The notes beneath the pieces were generated by a model, which worked only from the letters and a program-made list of their open reading frames with translations, made no database searches and was not told the DNA's origin. Positions 1-13,815 of a stretch of 64,000 bases of DNA are shown piece after piece. Numbering within the stretch: the first letter of the stretch is position 1; every line of letters begins with the position of its first letter. The position numbers were made by a program, and so were the translations under genes. The DNA comes from Octopus sinensis (Eukaryota). The stretch is from NCBI RefSeq assembly GCF_006345805.1, contig NW_021826031.1, forward strand, positions 248,001 through 312,000, in the 5' to 3' direction.

Positions 1-579
1 CGCAGATGGTCATTTTTATACAGAATATTCCTAAATACTCAATTCAAAACTTTGATGACTTTTTGTGTAATTTCAAGAGACAGGTTTTGAAAAACTCGTC
101 ACAATTGTCTTTTCTAGAATAAAAAGCGATTATAGAAAAGCCATAAAGATTTTCCAATACTACATACACACCACAATATCACGCTTGTTTTGGACAAGTA
201 AAAAATGGAAAAATTTGGATACTCTTCTGTGATTTGAACGATGTGTGTATTTTTTTAAATCAGTTTTTAAATGAAATCAAATAAGGGCTGATAGAAATGT
301 GTTTTAAAAGTAACATGGCGGCCTTAAATTTAATCACAATTCTAGCTTTCTATCTATGTCAGGGGGAAGACTATTCTGCAAAAAAAATACGAATTAAGTG
401 ATTTGGGAAATCATGTTCTGTCCCAAACGATAGCACTAAAGAGCCAGTCAATTGGACATCTTTTCCATGGTGAAAAAATTAATAACCGACATTTATTAAT
501 TAATATTGAATTACTTATTCGTATAAGTGTTTTATGTCTTTAATAAATTATTAATCTGAATGATTCTGTTTGTGGTGTG

Positions 580-1680
580 ATGGAAGCACGAGGATATGGA
601 CAAGTAGTTTTGACCCTGAATCAAGTCGCACTTCCACCCGAGACGACTTCAAACCCCCCTTCCCTCCAAGAAAACCTCACAATTGACGACGAAAAAGCTT
701 TGCGTTGGATAGGCTGTAGCATGATCCAAAAATGTTGTATCCTACTGAAATTACCCACTGTATTACTCAATAATGACCTCCCAGTCCGCTGCAGCAACAG
801 CACAGTCACTATTCCACCGATATTTCTACAGAAAGTCCTTTACGGGGAAAGTTCACTTGAAAAATGTAGCAATGTCATGTGTAATATTGGCCTCCCGCAT
901 TGAAGAGGAGCCGCGGAGATTCCGCGATGTAATCAACGTGGCAACCATACTCGACCAGTTAGAGAATAACAAGTAAATTACTATTCACAAAACCAGACCA
1001 CTTTGTCCTGTTTTGTTGGATAGTCAATATGTTCATTATAAAAGAGAATTGATTGAAACTGAAAGGAAGATCCTCAAAGAATTGGGATTTGCAGTTTTTC
1101 CTCAACATCCTCATAAAGTTTATCCACTTTCTCACTCTTAGGTTATTATTTTGTACTTACAGACTTTGATGTTGGCGGATTATGCTGAAGTAGTGCAGTG
1201 TTCATGGTATTTTCAGTATTTATTCATAGGAATTTGATGAATGACTGTCAGAGGACGGATATCCTTATTAGGTATAAGCAAGAAGAGGTCGCCATGGGTT
1301 GTATTGACCTGGCCACTCGTCTCTATTCAGTATTGTTGTTTAATTAGCCAGATTGATTTGCCTGGGGATTCTTTTTATCATATTATTCGAGTTAGTTCTG
1401 AAAAGGTACGAAATGTTGCCTCTGAAATACTTTCTCTCTATTCTCTTGGATCTGTAAAGTTTTTGGTTTTTCATATTTAGCCAAAGTCTTCCTCAGTTGC
1501 TTCTCGGTTGGAAAGTTTATTTTTCCGCTGAATACTGTCATTCAAATTAAGAAGATTGTGGAATCTGGTTATTGATCAGATATGGAGTAAATAGATGTTC
1601 ATTCGCCTCCAAAGAAAAGGTCTGAGGTCTGTAAATCGAGGAAAAGTAATAAAAGCAATTCAAGTCGTTTAAGGATTTAA
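580..1680 (+). CDS. CCNL1: Cyclin L (cyclin-L1/L2-like), multi-exon
   Basis: Spliced translation GYGQVVLTL...[20 protein letters not shown]|[19 protein letters not shown]...[25 protein letters not shown] matches the cyclin L N-terminal cyclin box. Two short introns (25 and 24 nt) join the ORF-track pieces. Basic Ser/Lys/Arg-rich tail; 3' end approximate. Confidence 0.85.
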
Positions 1681-2252
1681 ATTGTGACCAATTCGTTTTT
1701 AATTGAAATCATTTTATTAATTACAAAGTTTTGCGGATAGATAGTAAGGAAACTATAACCCCTGATAGCCGGCGAGACTTTCTATGAGGCTTCGTTTGTA
1801 GATCTTCTACATTCATTTCTAAAATAGAAATTCTTTTTTAATTTGTTCCAGTTTGTTAAAAGTGGACGTTTTATTTGCTGCATAACTAAATGTGTGAATA
1901 ATTGGTTAAGAATCAGTAAAAATTATTGTTGGATAAACTATTTCAAAAATAGCAAGACAAATTAAAATGTAAACCTTTTCCATACAATCAATTAGTACGC
2001 TTTGTTCAATTACTATATTTGATTAATTGATATTGAACCGTTGAATTTGAAAATATTGATCTCCAAATATGACTAATTAAAATACATTTGAAGCCTGCAA
2101 ACAATAAAAAAATATCATAATATAAAAAAGTGCGTATTATGTTCTTCAATTTTACTGATAATCTAGGTGAAAAAAACTATTTAATTACAATGAAATAATA
2201 GCTAGTGACGGAATATTAGATTATATAAAAAGAGTTTTTGCATAAATATTAA

Positions 2253-3410
2253 ATGGACATATTAAATGTGCTGAACAATATTTTTGGCACGGAAAATGAC
2301 GATGATGTAATCGATCGTTTTAACCATACCTACACAGCGACACTTCTTGTGATTTTAGCAATTATTGTAACGTCCGACGATTTTGTAGGACCTCCCATCA
2401 AATGTTGGACCCCTGCTGAATTTACAGGTAATACTAATTTTTATTGCAGCAACATTCACCAAATACACGAATTCAATATGTTGGGTTACTAACACGTATT
2501 ATGTTTCAATGAACGACTCGGTCCCAGAAACTGATTATTTCATCGGAAAAAATCAAATAAAATATTACCAATGGACACAATTCATCTTTCTGTTCTTCGC
2601 TCTTTTATATAGACTTCCATTCATGTTTTGGAGGGGCCACAACACGGGTTGCGGACTCAATCTGAAAAACCTTATAAAAATTGGAACAAACTATCAAAAA
2701 TTCTTTCCTGGAGATGATAAAGAAAATCAAATTACTCAAATGATTGCACATTTTGAACGATATTTAGAAGTGAAAAAAAGATGGCATGCAAGAAATATCA
2801 ATTTACTGAACCGTTGGTTCTCCGAACATCGACTCACTTTGACATATTTCCTCGCAAAATTCTTTTATATAATTAACTCTGTCGTCCAATTTCTGCTCTC
2901 AAATTACCTTTTATCCAACAAAACGGGGAATATAGACGGATTTAAAATGATCCAGGACTTTGTACAAAGACAGAACAACGATTCTTCGTTATTTCCAAGA
3001 GTTGGGATGTGTGACTTTTATATTCGCGAACTTGGCAATGTTATGTACCCAGAACGGCATACTGTTCAGTGTGTTTTATCCAATAACGTTTACTTGGAAG
3101 GAATCTTTATTTTCTATTGGTTTTGGATGTGTTTTATCATTATTTCAAATATATCGACGACTATTTCATGGCTTTATCACGTTTTCAATCATGAAAAAAA
3201 ATTCAATTTGTAATGAAAAATATTCATCCTTATTTGAAAGAAGAAATAGCAAATTTGTCGACAGTTAAAGGATTTATTGATAAATATTTGGAGTCTGATG
3301 GGATTTTCGCAATTAATATGATTTCTAACAACACGAATCACAAAGTATCAAGGGCTCTTATCACCGGATTGTTTAAAAACTATAAAATCGTTAACAAGAT
3401 AAGCAGATAA
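2253..3410 (+). CDS. Innexin (invertebrate gap-junction protein)
   Basis: DDDVIDRFNHTYT, FVGPPIKCWTPAEF, YTNSICWV (after 22-nt intron 2428-2449), YYQW, FPRVGMCDF, HTVQCVLSNN and YLESDGIF are innexin motifs. One apparent frameshift near 3194-3213. Confidence 0.92.
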
Positions 3411-3460
3411 TATATTTCTTTATTTTTCTCATAAAATAAATGTTACGCATATGGATTAGA

Positions 3461-3859
3461 TTATAATACGACAACTTGAATATTTTTTTGTAATTTTAAT
3501 CTTTCTGGTTGTAAGTATATTTACCGATGTCTTGTATCATTGACAGTCAAATTACGTAAGTGTGATTGGCTCATATAATTGTGACTGTGAACTTTAGTTT
3601 TACACTTACCGAGACTTTTGTTTAAATGCTGAATGTAGAGTGCCCAAACTTTTGAATTTTACCGCATAGTCACTAAGTTTAAATTTCTTATCGCAATATA
3701 AATTTCTTTACTAGAAAGATCTCTTCTTTATACAGAGTCAACTTAGGAGATTTTTGCAGATTTTAATTTTTCGGCACTGGTTTAGCATAAATATTTTGTC
3801 AAAGTTATTTACATTTGTAAGTTTGGGTTTTACATTCTAAAATCACTCAATTGAGCCAT
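3461..3859 (-). CDS. Small spliced gene with SAM-domain-like C-terminus (not in ORF track)
   Basis: Three consecutive GT-AG introns (3687-3711, 3585-3609, 3501-3524) keep one frame open: ...LYKEEIFL|KFKLSDYAVKFKSLGTLHSAFKQKSR|HNYMSQSHLRNLTVNDTRHR|LKLQKNIQVVVL*. The 5' end is uncertain. Confidence 0.55.
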
Positions 3860-4035
3860 ATTATGACATTATTTACTATTAAATGAATTTTATAAATTAA
3901 AAATTATTGATCAATTTGGGTAACAGGTTCGAATTTATTCAGTTCAAGTGTTTGTTTGTGTCATCATTAAACCTGTAACACATCAAGTACTTATTAAAAT
4001 AAAAGTTAAAAGTAAATAAAAATTAATAATAGAGA

Positions 4036-4841
4036 TTAGTTACAACATTTGCTATGTTTAGCCACCGACTTGTCAATCTCCTTCCGAATTGTGATGTTGT
4101 TTCTTGTCCCTTCTATTCTTTGCAAAACTCGTTCAAGTAAAATATCAAAAGTTTTTTCAATATTTCGCCCGTCAAGTGCGCTGGTCTCCAAATAAACAAG
4201 TCTACAAATATCAAATACAGTACCCCTGTTCTTGGGCAAAAGTTGAGATTTGATGCTGAGGTATTTCCCGCTCGTCCTTTAAATCGGCCTTGTTTCCACA
4301 AAGCAGCATGTCAGGACTTTCACAATAAGCATGGTCTTTTATTTGTTCAATCCAGTATTGAATATTGGCAAGAGTCCGTTCTTTGGTCAGGTCGAAAACC
4401 ATCACGAAGGCCATGGCATCCCTCAAAAACGCCGTCGTGAGACTCCGAAATCTGAAAGTGAGATAATAACTCTAATTAAATATTAACGCCTCATAACTAA
4501 ATCGATGCGACTAATTGTCCATCTGTTTCTAAAAATACCTTTCTTGACCTGCAGTGTCCCAAATTTGTAACTTTACAGTAATCTGCTTATTAGGAATGTC
4601 ATTTTTGAACGGAGATTGGATTGTCTGGAATTAAATAAACAGCCAAGCCTTGATCTTCTCTTTGAAATCAATGCCGACTGTGGTTACAAAATCTTGGGCC
4701 TCTTTTTCTTCGGTATATTTCGAGACAAACCTAGTTTTTCCAACGCCGGAGTCGCCTGTTTTTAAATACAAAATAAATACCAAGCATTATTATTTTGATG
4801 AGGTAGTCATATTCAGTGGTGCCTTCCAAATCCGAGGACAT
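4036..4841 (-). CDS. RAB27: Rab27 small GTPase
   Basis: [11 protein letters not shown]|[60 protein letters not shown]-terminal CCN. RDAM and AYCE.PD are typical of Rab27. Confidence 0.9.
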
Positions 4842-5141
4842 TACTAAAATTATTAACTATTGTAATTTATTACTTTATGTTGGCCAATATAAATTATATA
4901 TTTAATCATCAAAACTTATTTATTTATTACAAAATAATATTTTCATGATTTCTTTACCAAAAAAACTAAACAATACGTATTTTACCTTACTTAACGTATT
5001 TTTAATATTTGGCAAAATATGTTCCTTTTTACGAGTGATAATATTCCCAACATTTTTAACTGCTCTCACTAAAAGGAACGGCGGAGTACAAATTAGAAAA
5101 CACTAATCAAATCAACATTGACAGACCTGGCAGACTCCAAT

Positions 5142-5510
5142 ATGGACAAGAACAATTTAAAGTTATCTAAAAAAACCTCTCGTCGGGAAATAAACCGTCC
5201 TGGAGAGTTAAATGCTCATATTGATGTAATGCTTTTGCTTATTGACAGCAGGCTCAGGGTGGATCATGTTGATGGAATTGACCATAAAAGCACTCTTAAA
5301 AATGGCAATTCCATATCTACCAAGATGTCTGATCGACATGACCATCCGAGAGTAAATGTAATAAACACTAATGGTCTACAGATGAGCCCACACATAAGCC
5401 AACTCACATGTTTTGCCAAACAGGGACATGATAAAGGTCGACCAAAAAATGCCAACCACATTAAGAAAAAATATTCTAAACACTCACCAATACAATATAA
5501 TTACTACTAA
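5142..5510 (+). CDS. Hypothetical intronless ORF, no recognised domain
   Basis: About 120 open codons in AT-rich DNA, divergent from RAB27; no homology recognised. Confidence 0.2.
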   Translation: MDKNNLKLSKKTSRREINRPGELNAHIDVMLLLIDSRLRVDHVDGIDHKSTLKNGNSISTKMSDRHDHPRVNVINTNGLQMSPHISQLTCFAKQGHDKGRPKNANHIKKKYSKHSPIQYNYY

Positions 5511-5994
5511 AATAACATGCAAATCGTTGGACTTTACATTAATCTAAACATATCCTTTTATAATAATAAAAAGAGATTTGGGTGGAGAATTAATACAAAA
5601 TGGAGGAAGAACAGTCTATTAATTGATAGGTTCGCCACATTGACTTAATTGATTTCAAATTAGACAGCATTGAAAGATAAAAATCGGATATTTCGATTTT
5701 TATGTTTTTTTGCTGATTTTTAATAAGTTTCTAAAGATAAAAAACTTTATTTTTGAAATAATATCTCTACATTGTTTAACCACAGCGTTACTCCCGCCTT
5801 GTTTTCCGAGTCTCTTTGCTGCGGCAAAGAGGGTAGTAATCGACTTTTCTGGACTTGTTGATAGTCGGTTTACTAGTAACCACCCTCCAAAACCATAGAG
5901 GTAGTTTTGCAGCTTTTCCAAAAACAATCTTCGCTATGAATAAATCAATGATTTCTCTATTTATTTTTAAAAAAGAAAAATATTTAATTTGACA

Positions 5995-6245
5995 GCCAAG
6001 CATGTCAAGAAATGCCATAAATACGATCTATTGGCAAGGGATTTAACCATTCTTTACGACGCTCAAGTGAAAATAATTCCATTGGTTTTGACTTACGGGC
6101 TCGTTTCCAAGTATTTTAAAAACTAAATTAAAAAGTTGGCTATCGAAGACGGAACTCGGTCTTATATACAGGCAGTTGTATGATTGTTGAACACAGGCAC
6201 TGGATCAGAATCACTGATGAGGAGATAAATTTAGCCAGTAGCCTC
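5995..6245 (+). mobile_element. Decayed RLE-type (R4/NeSL-like) LINE 3' fragment
   Basis: KCHKYDLLARDLTILYDAQVKIIPLVLTYGLVSKYF...IEDGTRSYIQAVV resembles a restriction-like endonuclease tail; homologous to 19985-20290. Confidence 0.6.
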
Positions 6246-6264
6246 TTTTTTTATTTAACCCAAG

Positions 6265-7250
6265 AATTACCAACAGTTAATTAGAGTAATTAATTAGGTG
6301 ATTCCAACAATCCTAAAGATCTTTCTCTGCTTTTCCCGATGAGCTCAACGCAAGTGCAAAACTGACGGGGAACAGTTTTCGTAAGGAATTGAATCGGGGT
6401 AATGTGCTTCTGGTTGATAATTGACATATGATGGTGTTTTGACAGTTGGTCTTGTTAAATGGCTAAGAAGCCCTTTCCATCTTTCTTAATTAGGTGGTCA
6501 AGCAGACTTGGAATAATATTTTTCAAATTGGAAATTTTCATTATGCGAGCCGCAGCTCTGTATAGTGTAATCTCAATTTTAGGTCGGTTAGACCATGAGA
6601 GATTAATTCCCCATGCGGCGCAGGCATAGCCAATTGTCGGTTTGATGAATTTTTTGTAGAGAGCCGGGAACGGTTTCTTTAGTCCGCCAAATATCAATTT
6701 GATTAGTCCAATTTTTCTCTGACTGGATCCGATGGCCTTCTCTAGATGGGCAGTAAAACACATGTCAAAGTGACCCCCAGAATTTTAGGGTTCTTCGTGA
6801 ATGGGATCTTTTCGTTGTCCAGAAAAAGATCAACAGTACGCCTTCCAAGTCTCTTATCCGACGTAAATAAGGTAGTGGACGATTTTTTGGGGGAGAGGTT
6901 CATCCTGTTTTGATATAGCCAAGTTCGAATTTGTAATAAGAGATCTTGTGCTCTTTTGAAAGCTTTCAAGAGATCTTTATCACGTGATCCAATGAGTAGG
7001 TCGTCAGCGTAGGCGAGAACGAATGAGTCTTCCATTTAGGATTAGGAATATCGGATAGGCATAAATTGAAAAGAGCAAGAGAAAGGGGGGAGCCTTGGGG
7101 AACGCCATGTGGAAACAATCTTGAGATTAATTTGATTCCAATCAGGAATACACACCCTCTCCTTCCGCTGAGGAAACTAACTTAGTGACAAAGGAGTGAT
7201 GTTGGTTACTTTCTCTTCTAAAAGGAGGAGATTAACCTTCAGCGGACAAC
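6265..7250 (-). mobile_element. Non-LTR retrotransposon (I/Jockey-like) RT fragment
   Basis: HGVPQGSP, LAYADDL, MNLSPKKS, PKILGVTL, YKKFIKPTIGYACAAW; ORF ends VGIT*. Confidence 0.88.
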
Positions 7251-7267
7251 GGTCGGATTAACATCGA

Positions 7268-7865
7268 TTTTAATAATTATTATTATTATTATTATTTAAG
7301 CCAAAAAACAGATCACCGTCTAACCATTAACTAACGTGTTCAGTGATCCGACACTTCTCAACAGTCTAGCCATCTTTTTACGATGTTCAGACCGTGACCC
7401 CACACACTTTCTTGATGTACGGTGAAATGCTTGTGGTCCATCTCCACGATCCCTCCCACTTGCCTCTACAAGAGACTCCAGTGTTCGATGGACAATTTTC
7501 TGTCGGTATGGCCTTCAGTATGTTTATGGATTTTTCTGGATTTTCTCGATTTTTAGTTGGTTCGTTGCCGCCAGGTTACAGCCCCAAGCACACATGCATA
7601 GCCTATTGTTGGCTCGATATACTGCTTGTAAGGTCTCTACCCCTGGCGGACAAGTTCTCCCACAGTCGAAAGAAAGGCTTTCACAAAATGATTTTCTTTA
7701 TACAAGTTGACACGATCGATTCAACATGAGGTGAGAAACAGAGGAAAGTGTCAACTTACACCCAATATCTTCTGTGTTTTCTTTGGTGTATTGGGACTCC
7801 ATTCAGCGTGACCAATAATTTTCGTCCCCATCTTCTGTTTTTCGTGAATAGGGTACTGCTGATTA
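7268..7865 (-). mobile_element. 5'-truncated LINE of the same family with (TAA)n tail
   Basis: YKQYIEPTIGYAC, EHRKKMARLLR; (TAA)n tail reads as (TTA)n at about 7275-7298. Confidence 0.8.
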
Positions 7866-7980
7866 ATAATATTAACTTAATTATCTATGTATGTTCTATT
7901 AATAAAGTATGTCATTTAATTTATATTTCAATCTAAAAATAAAATTTTAACACATGTGCACTCTTACTAATATTTACTAA

Positions 7981-9338
<1,358 letters not shown>

Positions 9339-9373
9339 ATTATTTTTCTGTTTTATATTAATTTAGTATTAAA

Positions 9374-9986
9374 TGTGACCGGTTCATAATGAGATACGGT
9401 TGAATACGAGCCGTTAAAAAGATCGATAATTAATATACCGATTCAAAAGGCCAATTACAATAAAGGCAGACGTTCTAATCTTAACTTTAACTCTAACTAT
9501 AAATGATTTCAACGTTATTTATAAACATATTCATCATAAAAAAGACACTAAAGAAAACAGACCCTAACCCTAATCCCTGACCCTAATCCCTGACCCTAAT
9601 CCCTGACCCTGACGCTAACCCTGACGCTAACCCTGACGCTAACCCTGACGCTAACCCTGACCCTAACCCTGACCCTAACCCTGACCCTAACCCTGACCCT
9701 AACCCTGACCCTAACCCTGACCCTAACCCTGACCCTAACCCTGACCCTAACCCTAACCCTGACCCTAACCCTGACCCTAACCCTGACCCTAACCCTGACC
9801 CTAACCCTGACCCTAACCCTGACCCTAACCCTGACCCTAACCCTGACCCTAACCCTGACCCTAACCCTGACCCTAACCCTAATATGATTTAACGGCATTC
9901 ACGCCATTTAACGGCTCGTATAACGCCACTTTGACGGCTCGTATAACGGCTCGTATTCAACCTGGGCTCGTATTCAACCGGTCACA
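9374..9986. mobile_element. Non-autonomous TIR element (MITE) with TGTGAC...GTCACA ends and 5-bp TSD TTAAA
   Basis: Left TGTGACCGGTT pairs with right AACCGGTCACA; left GGTTGAATACGAGCCGTT pairs with right AACGGCTCGTATTCAACC; GGCTCGTAT subterminal repeats x4 at the right end; TTAAA at 9369-9373 and 9987-9991. Confidence 0.85.
9562..9882. repeat. Interstitial telomere-like array (CCCTAA/CCCTGA alternating)
   Basis: 3x CCCTAATCCCTGA (9568-9606), 4x CGCTAACCCTGA (9613-9660), 17x CCCTAACCCTGA (9661-9870, one extra CCCTAA), ending CCCTAACCCTAA. Confidence 0.97.
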
Positions 9987-10063
9987 TTAAATATGATGTA
10001 TTTAATTATATTTGAAATAAATATTTAAATTTGTTATTGTCCACTTGTTGACGTGAGTACATT

Positions 10064-11123
10064 ATGGACCAGTGTCAGAACAAAGTCGACTACCACGAAG
10101 AAATTTCGAGACTTCTGGCACTATGCAACAGTGATAAGTACCAGTCTCTCACACAATTCGCCGTCGAAGGGAAACTTGGAAACGGACAGTTCAGTGTAGT
10201 GCTCACTGCACGCAGTCTGCTTGATAACCAATATTATGCCCTCAAACAAGTTCAAGTAACTCTAATAACAGCACTAAATTCCTAGATATTCGAAATGACT
10301 GATGCAAAGGCTCGTTATGACTGTCTGAAGGAGGTTGAATTATTAAAAGTATTTTTTATTACATAATAAAGAAATTAAATCATCCGAATGTAATCCAACA
10401 CCACTCTTCGTTTCTTCACATGAACGATTTGATAATTGTGATGGAACTGGCCGACTGGGGCGATTTGTCCAGACTTTTGAGTGTTTGACTGATATTTTTG
10501 ATTTTTAGACATTTCGGATACAAAATAGGAAATTGGGGGAGTTTTCAATTTGGCGATATTTCCTTCAAATTTGTCAGGGATTGAACCACATGCATTCACG
10601 TAGAATAATGCACAGAGGTCGTTTTTTCCGCTTATTTATAGATATAAAGCCAGCCAATATTTATATCACTTCTGAAGGACTTGTCAAATTGGGGGACTTG
10701 GGATTAGCTCGTTATTTTCCTTCCAATTCTTCTGTGGCTCATTCTTTGGGTTTGTTGGCTTGGTTAGTGTTAGTGGGGACTCCGTATTACATGTCCCCCG
10801 AGAGGATTAGTCAGCATGGGTATGACTTTTCTTCCGATGTGTGGTCCCTGGGTTGTATTCTTTACGAGATGGCTACTTTACGGGTGCCATTTCAGCCAGA
10901 ACAGGCCAATCTGATCGCCCTCTGTCGACAGATACAACACGAGGGCTACACGCCTATGGATCCTGATATTTACTCTTCCCAGGTTGGTTATGTTGGGGAT
11001 ATTTAGATGGTCGATTTGGTGGCTTTGTGTCTCAAGAAAAACCCTCTGGAGAGACCTGGCACTTCGAACATTATTCGTATTGCACACAGAATGTATGTGA
11101 CATTGCAAAAATTAAATACTTGA
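10064..11123 (+). CDS. NEK7: NEK6/NEK7-like Ser/Thr kinase
   Basis: KLGNGQFSVV, ALKQVQ|IFEMTDAKARYDCLKEVELLK, IVMELADWGDLS, MHSRRIMHR|DIKPANIYIT, VKLGDLGLARYF, GTPYYMSPERI; a single kinase domain with no long tail. NEK6 versus NEK7 not resolved. Confidence 0.9.
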
Positions 11124-11549
11124 CTGTTTTTTTCATGTTTATATTATTTATGAAATTCAATTTTTGTATGTTTTAGTGACAGCATTTGTTATTGTTAAGT
11201 TTAAGCTTTGATCATATTAAATGAACGATTTTTTGTTGACGTTGATGATATTGGGTTTTCGAGCTTTAGTGTCAAAAGTTCAGGCATTAGTGTTGAATCT
11301 TCAGGCTTTAGTGTCGAAGGTCTAAAAATAAATAGGCATCGTTGTTTTACGAAATTCAAAAATACGTTTCATTAAATAATTAAAGTTACTTTCTGCTCGA
11401 AAGGGAAACATATCTAGGCATTTTTCAATAAAAAGAGTTAGTGTTAAACTGTTATTTATTCATTTTTTAATTTATCGCATTTTTCAACTCCAATTCTGTC
11501 TTGAAAATTTCACGAAAAATAATTTCATATTTGTTATTGCCGCAAAAAA

Positions 11550-12010
11550 ATGTGTTTCTACTTTTTTACCTGGGGCACAGTCTAATAGGGCGAGTTTTCA
11601 GACTTGGCTCTTGTTTTTTTAGCACGCGTACAAACTGAAAATCATACTTTATTCAGAAAAATGCTGCTCGTACCTTTGATCAGCATATTTTTTCTTTGTT
11701 CAATACGCCTTGCTGGTATTTTCACAATTTATTTTACTGTGTAGTGAAAGTTTTTAAGACATCTGTTAATAGTACTCAGACTAATATTAATCCAATATTC
11801 ATAAAACAACATGTCTTTTAATTTTGATAGTGTCAATAATGAATTATCATCTACCAATCAATCAAGCTGGAAGAATAATTTTCATCACGAGGTTTGCTTT
11901 CAATATCTCGGGATTTTCTCTATTGACAAAGTATTCAGATTATGAAGGATTGAGGCATATTTAGATAGTCACATATTTCTTTGTAAGATTTTCCATTAAT
12001 TAAATGTTCA
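11550..12010 (-). mobile_element. Decayed Tc1/IS630-like transposase N-terminal remnant
   Basis: Cross-frame NGKSYKEICDYLNMP...DNSLLTLSKLKDML...ISLSTINRCLKNFHYT resembles tandem HTH domains; many stops. Confidence 0.45.
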
Positions 12011-12392
12011 ATAATCATTTTTTGTCGAAAGGGGTATAGTATTTCTTTTTTGTTTATATAAAGCTTTATGCATTTCATAAACGAATTAATAAAAAGAAAC
12101 TAATTAACTAAGTAATTTTTCTAACTAAGCGCAGAGCCTTTGAATTGAGCAGAGGATGGCATTCATAAACAAATAATTTATTAGTAAATTATTTATGCAA
12201 AAAGGATCTGAGTTATCAGTTTTTTTATTGAAAGAGATATAGTATTTCTTTTGTGCATATATAGCTTTAATAGAAAACTCTATAATATTAAACTAAATCA
12301 CTTGCGGTAACCTCTTTTCACCCCAAAAGTATAAAATTGTTTAAATTTAAATGAATCTGATAATTATTGACAAATAAAAGTAGTTAAAAACA

Positions 12393-13815
12393 TTAATTAG
12401 GAGAAGAATAGTCATAGATATAGAAAGTCATAATGAAGGGGACTCCCACAATAAGATTAAGCCACATGATAACATTCCCCACCAACGGAGAACAGTACTT
12501 ATCAGTCAAATATATTTGCGGCACCTAATCTCGTAAAAAAACAATACTTGTGACAACATTGACAGAAAAGCTGAAACCCTGAACAAATTGAGAGGCACAC
12601 TCACCAAATACTACAATATTACAAACAAATACTTCGTGGAAGAAAGCCGATACCAAAAATACAGCACAGGAAGCCATCCTTCGGGAATATCCCCGACATA
12701 CAAGTGACCTGTAAATATGTCTGTAGGCCCATCTATAAACAGGCAAATTCCAAGTCTTCCAAAACGTACGAAGCCCAGGACTATTCCTAAATGTCCTCAC
12801 ACAACACCACCAACCACCACGCCCCATAAAAAGCCCGATCTTCAAACCCCAACAATTCGGCCATAAAGTTAAGACAGGAGTGAAAAAACCAATAAAACCC
12901 AACCAAATGAATCATATGGTTGTGAATTGCTATTTTTATAACTTTCCACGGAATTTGAGTGATTTGTGTGGTTTGATACAACACAGGCTGCAACCACTGC
13001 TGGATGAGGAACACAATCAAATATAACAACACCACCACTTCAAACAATCTTTTCCCGAGGAATACAAAACTGATTCCGCGTTTGCACGGATAGTTAAGTT
13101 CGTAGCACAAAGTGGGGGACAACATGAAATAAATGAGGTCACGTGCGGTCAGATTGGAAGGATATTCCACCAAAGTCGAGGATACAGCAACTTTTGGAGA
13201 AATTATTCTTTTTATGCCTGAGGATGTCTCCTCGAAGACAATTCCGTTACGACACCAGGAATTGACCCGGATGTAGGAATATAGTTTGAGAAAACCCACG
13301 GAAACGAAAAACGTGGTGATAAAGGACACCAGGGGAGTGGGAGATTGTTCGATTATTATCCCAGCCGGAATTACAAGGAAAGATATTAAATTAATTGCAT
13401 GAATTATATTTATATATTTTTCAAATTTTTTATTCTATAATTTATTAAATAAAATATTACATTTATCAAGTATATTTCTAGTAGGAATGTGAGTAATATT
13501 GAGGCAAGACACTCTAAATAAATGCAACAAAAAATACAACGTAAAAGAATAATAAATAAATATGCTTTTTGTTCTTTGTTAATTAATACCACAAAAGTTA
13601 CGACAGGACTCCCAATCAGGCCATAGCTTTGTATATATAAAGAAAATACGTTTTTATGTTGTCAATGACGAACCGTAGGGATGATATAACCAGCAAAATG
13701 AAGGCCAGTGTGATCAGTCCTCGGAAGTCTGTGTAGCCGCTTGAGTAACTGAATAGGGAGGGTGATTTCTTGTGGATTCTAATTATTTATTATTTGTTTC
13801 ACAACGGGTCATCAT
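12393..13815 (-). CDS. DGAT1: Diacylglycerol O-acyltransferase 1 (MBOAT family)
   Basis: SLFSYSSGYTDFRGL, YPSNLT, FMLSPTLCYELNYP, FYWFFHSCLNFMAELLGFEDRAFYGAWW, FWKTWNLPVYRWAYRHIY, FLVSAFFHE (catalytic His), YIYDY end. Confidence 0.9.

Noticed and set aside
170-230. Minus-strand FLLVQNKRD as a GTPase G4 motif
   Set aside because: I could not assemble G1, G3 or G5 motifs or consistent splice sites around it.
5700-6018. Overlapping minus-strand ORFs as a gene
   Set aside because: No recognisable homology and no consistent exon model.
9562-9882. True chromosome end or telomere-fusion scar
   Set aside because: Single orientation, enclosed by TIRs and a TSD, with intact genes on both sides.
9596-9898. 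100-aa (VR)n ORF
   Set aside because: It is just the translation of the hexamer array; no evidence of a gene.
11255-11320. Three ~21-nt imperfect repeats (TTAGTGT...TTCAGGC)
   Set aside because: Too short and degenerate to interpret; may be a terminal exon or TE remnant.
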